Assembly: GCA_046881895.1 (NCBI GenBank)
Contig: JBKSMR010000007.1
Coordinates: 1-32,636 of the forward strand
DNA: 32,636 nt
From: Alphaproteobacteria bacterium
GTDB taxonomy: Bacteria > Pseudomonadota > Alphaproteobacteria > Rs-D84
Reading direction: 5' to 3'
A program made the position numbers and the translations under genes. The notes below the pieces were generated by a model. That model did no database searches. It had not been told where the DNA came from and worked only from the letters and a program-made list of their open reading frames with translations. Shown piece after piece: positions 18,627-26,335 of the stretch; the stretch's first letter is position 1; each line of letters begins with the position of its first letter.

Positions 18627-19490
18627 TTATTTTATCAACCCAAATGATGTTATATAGTTAAATGATATTCCCATGACAAAGTTGCTGCCATAAACATCGA
18701 CACCACGTGCACGGGCACGACGATATTGAATATATGGTCCCATCGTTAAATCACCCCATAAATTCGTATCAAGACGCACAACCGCACTTAAATCACGTTC
18801 TAGATCTGTCGGAACATCTTCAGAATAACTTAGATATTCACGATAGTAACCATTAGTTGACAGTTTCACCCCATCGCGGATTTCGTATTCCAAACGCCAA
18901 CCCAATTCTGCCGCCAGTTTACTGGTCTGTTCGCCTGCATATGTAAAATCATATTCATACACACCCGACAAATACAGACTTTTTATAATTTCATTATCAA
19001 ACAATGAAATACCGCCATTTGCACGCAAGATATTTTGGCGTGGCACATCACCCGACGACTTAAATTCTGTATCATACGCACCGCGAAGGGTTGGACCTAA
19101 TTTAAACCCAGCGAATTCCCAACACGCATAAGACAAATCAGTAGACAAGATAATATCGTCTGCGTTTTCACTAATTGTTTCTGGTGCATTATATGGCTTC
19201 AATTTTGTTTCGCCATATTCCATAAACAATGCATTATCCCATTGAAGTCTATCTTTACTGTATTGCAAAGCGACATCAAAAATCCCCTTGATAAAATCTT
19301 GACTATCCGCCTTTAATGCGGACACAGGCGAATCCTGATAACTTTCTGCATGTTTAACTTCTGTTTTTGACCATTCCAAGCCGATACGACGTACATTTAA
19401 ATCTAATTTTGCAGAACCTTCGCCATCAGCGAATGCACCAAACGGCATTACTGCCAACAAGGCAACAACTGATATTTTTTTCATTTTCAT
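18627..19490 (-). CDS. Outer membrane beta-barrel protein (DUF3078/DUF481-like)
   Basis: Signal peptide ending AFA. Amphipathic strands including WDNALFMEYG...ENADDIILS. Family name recalled from the pattern, not searched. Confidence 0.7.
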   Translation of the reverse strand: MKMKKISVVALLAVMPFGAFADGEGSAKLDLNVRRIGLEWSKTEVKHAESYQDSPVSALKADSQDFIKGIFDVALQYSKDRLQWDNALFMEYGETKLKPYNAPETISENADDIILSTDLSYACWEFAGFKLGPTLRGAYDTEFKSSGDVPRQNILRANGGISLFDNEIIKSLYLSGVYEYDFTYAGEQTSKLAAELGWRLEYEIRDGVKLSTNGYYREYLSYSEDVPTDLERDLSAVVRLDTNLWGDLTMGPYIQYRRARARGVDVYGSNFVMGISFNYITSFGLIK

Positions 19491-19500
19491 CCCTTTTATA

Positions 19501-20109
19501 TTATTTCCAGATATTTAATTTGCCATCTTTATCGGCATAATGCCACCCTGCCCCACGCACAGCAATCGTAAACGTACCACGCACAGACGCAGGCATCAAA
19601 ACCGTCACAGTATCGCCTATAATATTTTGCGTATCTAGTTTAATGTTATTATCGCGTGCAATTTGATTTATTTCCGCCCAGCCTTGCAATGCGTCTGACA
19701 TTTTTATAACAGCTGTGAACATATCTTGATTTTGTACATCCGGAATCCAATTTTGTACACCATTATCATTCAACCATTTACGTACCGCATCAACATCCAG
19801 CACCATCGAAACATTTGCAGAATACGTTGTATTAGATGTCTGTTCACCATCGATACCGATAGAAGAAACCAACCCAATCAAATCAGACGACTTTGTATTA
19901 CTCATCAGTTCCTGCAACGCCACCACATCAACGTATTGCCGCACTGAATCAGATATAATCTGACGTCTTGCCTCATCAAATGCGATATTTTTAGCAGCGT
20001 TTGCAGTATCGCTTGTAATATTTACCGACATCGTCCCACGCATATCAGTGGCCGACGCACCGAACATAGCAAACAAAGCCAAACAACAAACAACAAAACG
20101 TCTAAACAT
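19501..20109 (-). CDS. Exported hypothetical protein
   Basis: Signal peptide ending ASA. Sits between co-oriented genes with 10-15 bp gaps. Confidence 0.8.
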   Translation of the reverse strand: MFRRFVVCCLALFAMFGASATDMRGTMSVNITSDTANAAKNIAFDEARRQIISDSVRQYVDVVALQELMSNTKSSDLIGLVSSIGIDGEQTSNTTYSANVSMVLDVDAVRKWLNDNGVQNWIPDVQNQDMFTAVIKMSDALQGWAEINQIARDNNIKLDTQNIIGDTVTVLMPASVRGTFTIAVRGAGWHYADKDGKLNIWK

Positions 20110-20124
20110 TAACTTACCCTATTT

Positions 20125-21612
20125 TTAGAACTTTGCATTTAAACCAACCCTGATACCCAGCGATTTATAGAAAGATTCTATTTCGCCATCTGCGGAACAA
20201 ACCCAACCTGGGCAATCCTTCTCCAGTTGTTTAATATCTTTTGCGGCCTGACTGCCACCGTTTTCATCCAGTATATTATTTGGATTTTTACCTTGGTTTA
20301 CCCAATCCTGCAATATAATATCATATTGTTCATTATAAAAATCACCATTTAAATATGTTTTTGCATCCGCATCAGACACAGTATAGTAATCATATGTAAA
20401 CCCAAGTGTCAACGAAACATTGTTTGATATCGCCGTCGACCAATTCGCACCCAACCCCAAATGCAATGCACCACCAAGCCCCGCAGAATCTTCAACAGAT
20501 TTTGGATGTTGCCAATCAAAACGATATGGCTGATCACCAGTTGCTGTATATGATGGCAGTCCCAATTCTATAAATGCATTAACATTATTGTATTGGTTTA
20601 TATCATACGCCATATCCAATGCAACGTATGGTCCAGACCACTCAACTTCGTACTTATGACTAATCTGTGGTTGTTCAAAATAATAATTTCCGCCTGTATC
20701 CAGATACATTGAACCAGATGGTATCTCAATATCATCCTCCAAGGTCACATTTCCACTGCCATCACCACGCACCAACAGCACCAACTTATCATCAGACGTA
20801 TAAACAAACAACGCTGGATCACATTGTATTTCATCTGTTCCAGGAATAACAAAACAACCATTCTGTCCATCAAAGACATCCATTGCCACACCATGATTAT
20901 TGCTTGTTTCCAAATCATACTTTAAATAACGCCAACCCACCGACGGTGTAATTTTTAATTTTCCCCACTTGATAAAATCTTTTAATCCGATTCCAGCATT
21001 AAACCCCATCATAGTCCCATCTTTACTGGTACCTATTGACAACGCATTTCCAATAATATTACCTAACAATTGGTTATTATTAAACAGTTCTGCCGCGACA
21101 TAACCGCCATTTGTAATATCGTCGTCAACCATTGTTGATTCACCGGACTGCATACCATATTGAAAACCTGCACCAATTTGAATCTGTGTTTTATTACCAA
21201 ATACATAATCTGCTTTTACATCCAGAACATTCCAATCAACATTATCGTAATGCAACATAGAACCTGCTGTTTTCATTTCAAATTGCCACATAGATGACTG
21301 ATGCGAAAATCCTGCCCCCAAAGAAAAACCGTTCTTAGAATTTTGAACCAATTGCTGTGAATTCTGTTGTCCTGACAAATTTGTACGTCCATTGGTTGAA
21401 TATCCTGCATTTGCATACTGGTTACGTGTATATGCTGACACACCCCGAGTTGAATATCCAGGATTTGTATTTCGTTGAGTGTATGAATTCTGTGCATATC
21501 TGGTCTGTGGCGACTTGTATCCACCTGTATAGTACGTACCCGCAGCATTTGCAACAACCGGCAACAACGCAAACAACGAACAATTTAAAACTAACTTTGA
21601 CAACAGTTTCAT
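20125..21612 (-). CDS. Outer membrane beta-barrel protein with Y/Q/N-rich N-terminus, weakly omptin-like
   Basis: Signal peptide ending ANA. Amphipathic strands and terminal LGIRVGLNAKF. SMLHY...GESTMVDDD recalls the omptin SxLxW...GxMxDxD pattern. Confidence 0.75.
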   Translation of the reverse strand: MKLLSKLVLNCSLFALLPVVANAAGTYYTGGYKSPQTRYAQNSYTQRNTNPGYSTRGVSAYTRNQYANAGYSTNGRTNLSGQQNSQQLVQNSKNGFSLGAGFSHQSSMWQFEMKTAGSMLHYDNVDWNVLDVKADYVFGNKTQIQIGAGFQYGMQSGESTMVDDDITNGGYVAAELFNNNQLLGNIIGNALSIGTSKDGTMMGFNAGIGLKDFIKWGKLKITPSVGWRYLKYDLETSNNHGVAMDVFDGQNGCFVIPGTDEIQCDPALFVYTSDDKLVLLVRGDGSGNVTLEDDIEIPSGSMYLDTGGNYYFEQPQISHKYEVEWSGPYVALDMAYDINQYNNVNAFIELGLPSYTATGDQPYRFDWQHPKSVEDSAGLGGALHLGLGANWSTAISNNVSLTLGFTYDYYTVSDADAKTYLNGDFYNEQYDIILQDWVNQGKNPNNILDENGGSQAAKDIKQLEKDCPGWVCSADGEIESFYKSLGIRVGLNAKF

Positions 21613-21698
21613 AATATAATCCTTTCCATAAACAAGTTTATTTTATCATAAAAAAGGTTGAAAAACAAATCACAACTTGATAAAAATATAAAAGAACT

Positions 21699-21783
21699 GC
21701 GACCATGGCGGAACTGGTAGACGCACAGCACTAAGGATGCTGTGGGGCAACCCGTGGGGGTTCGATTCCCCCTGGTCGCACCA
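21699..21783 (+). tRNA. tRNA-Leu(AAG), class II, CCA encoded
   Basis: GCGACCA TG GCG-GAACTGGTAGA-CGC A CAGCA-CTAAGGA-TGCTG TGGGGCAACCCGT GGGGG-TTCGATT-CCCCC TGGTCGC ACCA. The 7-nt loop gives anticodon AAG, with G37, A73 and a long variable arm. Confidence 0.95.
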
Positions 21784-21969
21784 ATTTTCCTTATTGGCTT
21801 TGCCAATTAGGAAAATTGAGTGTCTCGGCGTAGCGTAAGCGAAGACGGACGGAAAGAACCAAAGTTTATTTTCCTTATTGGCTTTGCCAATTAGGAAAAT
21901 TGAGTGTCCAGGCCGTGCGTAAGCGAAGACGGACGGAAAGCGCTAGAGCCCGTTTTACTTATTGGCTTT
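21784..21969 (+). repeat. Tandem 84-bp-period hairpin repeats directly after tRNA-Leu (two full units, one partial)
   Basis: 73-bp units at 21784-21856 and 21868-21940 (68/73 identical), a partial unit at 21953-21969, and unique 11-12 nt linkers. Confidence 0.92.
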
Positions 21970-22040
21970 TTATATTAAATTTTTGCACATTTTCTGCTTG
22001 CTTGATTTTTTCAAAATTTGCTAAGATTTCAAATATAGGA

Positions 22041-25000
22041 ATGAAGGGAATACGTTTATTTTTATCAGTACTGCTGATACCGCTTGTATTTCAAGCGGCG
22101 TTTGCTGATGATGAAATAGATACATCGCGTGCTGCGACACGACGTGGAACAACTGCAACCGTTTCTTCAAGCCGTCAGAAATCTAATATAACAACACCCA
22201 AGAAACAAGACGGCGTATCTCGTTCAACTGATATAGACAAACAAAAGACCACTGTCCGCGAACGCAGTACCACTAAACAGGTATCCACACGCACAGACAC
22301 CGGTGCAAGCATTATCAACAGAAACCAAACAGAAAAAAAAGCTGTAAACAAAACGTTATCCGCACGCACGGCCAGCAATATCCAGTCCAGAAACACAACC
22401 ACAAACAATGCAAAACGCGTAACAACACGTGACGTACCACAACAGACAAAAAAATCATCTGGCACATCTGCACGCACAGCAACAAATACAGCACAACGCA
22501 CAACCGGCACCAAGATTTCACGTTCTGCCACGGATACACCAACTATCACAGCCGAAGAATTTAAATCACGTAATTTTTCTGCATGTAAAAACGTATTTTT
22601 TGAATGCATGGACGAATTTTGTGCAAACAAAGACTCTACACTTAAACGTTGTGCATGTTCGGCACGAATTCATGATTTTGACAAAACCAAGAAAAGTCTG
22701 GAACAAGTCGAAGATAAATTGCTGGATTTCAGCGAACGCCTGTTGACTGTCAACATGGACAAAGAAGATGCATTGGCCATGAACACCGCCACCGAAGGCG
22801 AATTAGCAAACATCAAAGACAAAACAAAATCAAATCAAATTCTGGATTCTATTGCAAAAAAACTTAACACCAGTTTTAACGACAACAATTTTAACCAGGG
22901 CTTAAACGCAATATCATTATCGCTGAACACAGATGCCGCCTTTGACAGTGTTGATTCGATGCTTGGTGCATCAACTACGACCAAGTCTGGCACCGCATTG
23001 TATGGTGCTGCACTGCCGATATGTCGTGAAATGGCGATGGAAGTTTGCAGCGAATCGGATCAAAAAATCGCTGAAGAAAGCTATCAACTGGCAATCACCC
23101 AAGATTGTAACTTGGTTCAAAAATCGTACGAGGCACAAACAGAACAAGCACGAAATAAAGTATTTGAAAGTGGTGCATTACTGGATATGTCACGTTTAGA
23201 CATTTATCAAAAACGCAACTCGGACGATATTTTGACATGCAAACGCAAAATGATAGATATGTTAACTGACACAACTGTATGTGGCGACAAAATGTCAAAG
23301 TGTTTAGACACAACTGGGAAATATATCGACCCTTCGACCGGCGATGCAGTCTTGACCAACGATTTGTACGAACTGACCAATCTTATTAAACGCCCATCTG
23401 GCGAAGACACATGGCGTTCTATCCCTGAAAATGAAGAATTCGTCAGATATCTGAACACAAAAAAGATATATTTGGAACCAGCGATGGAAAATTGCCAAGA
23501 CATATCAGAATATGTATGGGAATCTTTTATAGAAGACGCATTGGCACAAATTAAATTAGCCCAAGAATCAAAAATAAATGAACTGCGTCAATCTTGCACA
23601 ACATTGACCGCACAATGCATGGCCGATGCAGCAGAATCTATCAACGATTTTGACGCACGTGCGATATCAATATTTGGTGTCAAGGCTGATTATACAGTAA
23701 ATCAAATGTGTGCAGACATAAAGAACGCCTGTACCGCACTTATAAATACCAAGGACAACCAAGACGCAAATACGTCGTCGGAATGGGACACTGGCATAAC
23801 AGATATCGCCACAGAAAAAACATACGAAACAATACTTGCCACCTGCCGCGAGGTTGGAAAAAACTGTATCATCCGTGCATGCAGTGCGATTTCTGGAAAC
23901 TTTGGTTTGTGCGAAAACATCGACACATCCATTAACAGAAAATCTATTATCAACCGTCGTTCATGCTGGGACGAAGTAGAACAATGCGTCGCTGACGCGG
24001 GTGCCGACGCAATCAACAGAATTATGAAGCTAGAAGGAAGAATCGTCGAATCCTATAAAAATTCTGGTGATATATATGATGAATTATATTATGATTCGGG
24101 ACATTCACGCGAAAACAAGAATATTTACGATTGGGCACAAGAAGAATCTTTTAAAGATGTAACAGATGGCCAAATATACCGCCTGACAGAACAGATCTGG
24201 GGTAACTGCGAAAGAGATCCAAAGACAGTATTAACAACAGAGGACAACCAAAACAAAATTATTATAAACGATGATAAAGACAACCCTGACAAAGAAACAT
24301 TGCTGTCATGGTTTGCACGCAATACAAAAACAGATGGGAAAATAGACAGCTGTCGCGACACAACATGCCCAACAGGCGAACGAGAATTTAACGGCACTTG
24401 TGTTAAAAACGATGCTTTTGCACCATCTGGCGAATATTGCCCAAGCAGCAACGACAGCAGCGACTACACCAGAATAGACATTTACACCGGCTATACCAAC
24501 TGTTGTCTAAAGAACAATAAGATAGAATACGAGTCTGCAGGGGGTGCCAAGAGCTATAATGTCTGTTGTAAACAAGCAAGCCTAACAAACCAAACCAAAC
24601 ATGGGAATTATGCTGCCACAAAAGAAACGTCATCAGATAACAGACTTAAGTCCCTTTGTGCACCAAGTGCAAGTGATGCACGCAATGCAAAACTTGCATT
24701 CAGTACAAAATACCGCGATTATTTCTGTGTTGGTGGAACTTTGACATACTCATCCGGACAAATATCATGCGATAACGGCTATTTTGTCGCTGTTACAAAT
24801 AACTATTACAACGACTATCAAGAATATTACACTGGCATTCACTATACCCCGACAAACAAGACAGCCTATTCTGCCCTAAGTAATTTTTATTACGGTACAG
24901 ACGCCATCACATACAATGATTCAACGCCTAGATACGACTGTTCGAAATATTGGCTTAGACAAATCAATGACGACGCATTCACTTCCAATGAAACAATATG

Positions 25001-25109
25001 GTACCCACCAAACTCATCAGGGTCAGGATGTGACTTTAATAATCTGGACAAAAATGCTGGGCAGACTCCGACAAAGGGCTGGAATGTCGATTTCAACGGA
25101 ATAGAATAA
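22041..25109 (+). CDS. Large exported Cys-rich protein of unknown function (1022 aa)
   Basis: ATG 22041 gives a signal peptide ending AFA. R/S/T/A-rich linker, then CKNVFFECMDEFC...RCACS and further Cys-patterned helical repeats. Confidence 0.88.
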   Translation: MKGIRLFLSVLLIPLVFQAAFADDEIDTSRAATRRGTTATVSSSRQKSNITTPKKQDGVSRSTDIDKQKTTVRERSTTKQVSTRTDTGASIINRNQTEKKAVNKTLSARTASNIQSRNTTTNNAKRVTTRDVPQQTKKSSGTSARTATNTAQRTTGTKISRSATDTPTITAEEFKSRNFSACKNVFFECMDEFCANKDSTLKRCACSARIHDFDKTKKSLEQVEDKLLDFSERLLTVNMDKEDALAMNTATEGELANIKDKTKSNQILDSIAKKLNTSFNDNNFNQGLNAISLSLNTDAAFDSVDSMLGASTTTKSGTALYGAALPICREMAMEVCSESDQKIAEESYQLAITQDCNLVQKSYEAQTEQARNKVFESGALLDMSRLDIYQKRNSDDILTCKRKMIDMLTDTTVCGDKMSKCLDTTGKYIDPSTGDAVLTNDLYELTNLIKRPSGEDTWRSIPENEEFVRYLNTKKIYLEPAMENCQDISEYVWESFIEDALAQIKLAQESKINELRQSCTTLTAQCMADAAESINDFDARAISIFGVKADYTVNQMCADIKNACTALINTKDNQDANTSSEWDTGITDIATEKTYETILATCREVGKNCIIRACSAISGNFGLCENIDTSINRKSIINRRSCWDEVEQCVADAGADAINRIMKLEGRIVESYKNSGDIYDELYYDSGHSRENKNIYDWAQEESFKDVTDGQIYRLTEQIWGNCERDPKTVLTTEDNQNKIIINDDKDNPDKETLLSWFARNTKTDGKIDSCRDTTCPTGEREFNGTCVKNDAFAPSGEYCPSSNDSSDYTRIDIYTGYTNCCLKNNKIEYESAGGAKSYNVCCKQASLTNQTKHGNYAATKETSSDNRLKSLCAPSASDARNAKLAFSTKYRDYFCVGGTLTYSSGQISCDNGYFVAVTNNYYNDYQEYYTGIHYTPTNKTAYSALSNFYYGTDAITYNDSTPRYDCSKYWLRQINDDAFTSNETIWYPPNSSGSGCDFNNLDKNAGQTPTKGWNVDFNGIE

Positions 25110-25120
25110 TACCAAAGAAT

Positions 25121-25147
25121 AAAAAATCCCGCAAATGCGGGATTTTT
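25121..25147. terminator. Bidirectional terminator
   Basis: AAAAAATCCCGC-AAAT-GCGGGATTTTT between convergent genes. Confidence 0.85.
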
Positions 25148-25664
25148 ATATCTGTATTTCTGATATAACTGCTTTTATTTTTTCTAATTCTTCATCTTTA
25201 AATCGGCCCAAAACCCAATCTGCGGCATCCATTTTTAAATCAAAATCACGAGGATGATTTATTCCAATTCTTATACGTCTATAATCACGCCCAACATTGG
25301 CATCTATGGATTTTATACCGTTATGCCCTGCACTGCCACCACCGATTTTTTCACGCAAACTTCCAACTGCAATATCCATATCGTCATGAATCACTATCAG
25401 ATTTTCTAGTGGGACTTTGTAAAATGTCATCAGTGCCAGCACCGCCACACCACTGTTATTCATATATGTTTGTGGTTTTGCCAAAATGACACGTCGCCCA
25501 TCAACATCCAACCGCATCGTCAGTGCATTTTTCTCTGACTTCCAACTGGCTGCATCACCTGCCAACGCATCCAACGCCATAAATCCAACATTATGACGTG
25601 TCTTGACATATTCCGATCCCGGATTGCCCAAACCAACAATTAAAATAGGTTTATTTTCTTGCAT
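25146..25664 (-). CDS. pth: Peptidyl-tRNA hydrolase
   Basis: Motifs VGLGNPG...TRHNVGF, KPQTYMN, HDDMD, GGSAGHNG and RIRIGI. Confidence 0.97.
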   Translation of the reverse strand: MQENKPILIVGLGNPGSEYVKTRHNVGFMALDALAGDAASWKSEKNALTMRLDVDGRRVILAKPQTYMNNSGVAVLALMTFYKVPLENLIVIHDDMDIAVGSLREKIGGGSAGHNGIKSIDANVGRDYRRIRIGINHPRDFDLKMDAADWVLGRFKDEELEKIKAVISEIQI

Positions 25665-25709
25665 ATCTTATACCCTTTTCCTATTATAATAACATATAAA
25701 GGAGAAAAC

Positions 25710-26258
25710 ATGAAAACAAAAACACTTGGTTTTTTAACAACAGCCGCAATTATGTTATCAGCAGGTGCCGCAAACGCAAATTTATTATTTGACGTTTATG
25801 CCGGTGGCACATTTGGCATTGGTGGTTACACATTATTTGCAGACGAAAACAAATCTTTCTCTTCAACAACTTATGGCGCTGTTTTGGGTATGGACATCCC
25901 AATGTTCCGTATCGAACTGGAATACAATTATTTGGATTCTGATGACGCGACATTAAATATGGGCTTTGTGAATGGTTACTTTAAATTACCAACCCCTGTG
26001 GTAAAACCATACATTGGTGCAGGTGTCGGCACAACATTCAGCAGCGAATTTACACCTGTCGCACACACAACAATCGATATTGACGATACAATCGTATACC
26101 AAGGCATGCTGGGCGTAACATTGGATATACCTGTTATTCCATTTAACATTGACTTAGAAGGCCGCGTTGTATACGCATCAGACCTGTTTGAATACATGAA
26201 CGACAGTTATGACGCCCTGCAATACGAAGGTCGCGTAAAATTACGCTATGTATTCTAA
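25710..26258 (+). CDS. Small 8-stranded outer membrane beta-barrel protein
   Basis: AAGGAG RBS before ATG 25710. Signal peptide ending ANA. Motifs FRIELEYNY, PYIGAGVG, YQGMLG and terminal LRYVF. Confidence 0.85.
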   Translation: MKTKTLGFLTTAAIMLSAGAANANLLFDVYAGGTFGIGGYTLFADENKSFSSTTYGAVLGMDIPMFRIELEYNYLDSDDATLNMGFVNGYFKLPTPVVKPYIGAGVGTTFSSEFTPVAHTTIDIDDTIVYQGMLGVTLDIPVIPFNIDLEGRVVYASDLFEYMNDSYDALQYEGRVKLRYVF

Positions 26259-26335
26259 AAAAATATGAACGCACAGTTTAATACACAACGGGGGGGTGTT
26301 ACCCCCCTAAATTAAACAAAGATGGACAAAACCAA

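Noticed and set aside
21784-21969. CRISPR array
   Set aside because: The repeats are 73 bp with 11-12 nt linkers, unlike CRISPR geometry. There are only 2.2 units and no cas genes.
21900-22040. N-terminal extension of the 1069-aa ORF from TTG 21900
   Set aside because: It starts inside the tandem repeat. ATG 22041 yields a clean signal peptide.
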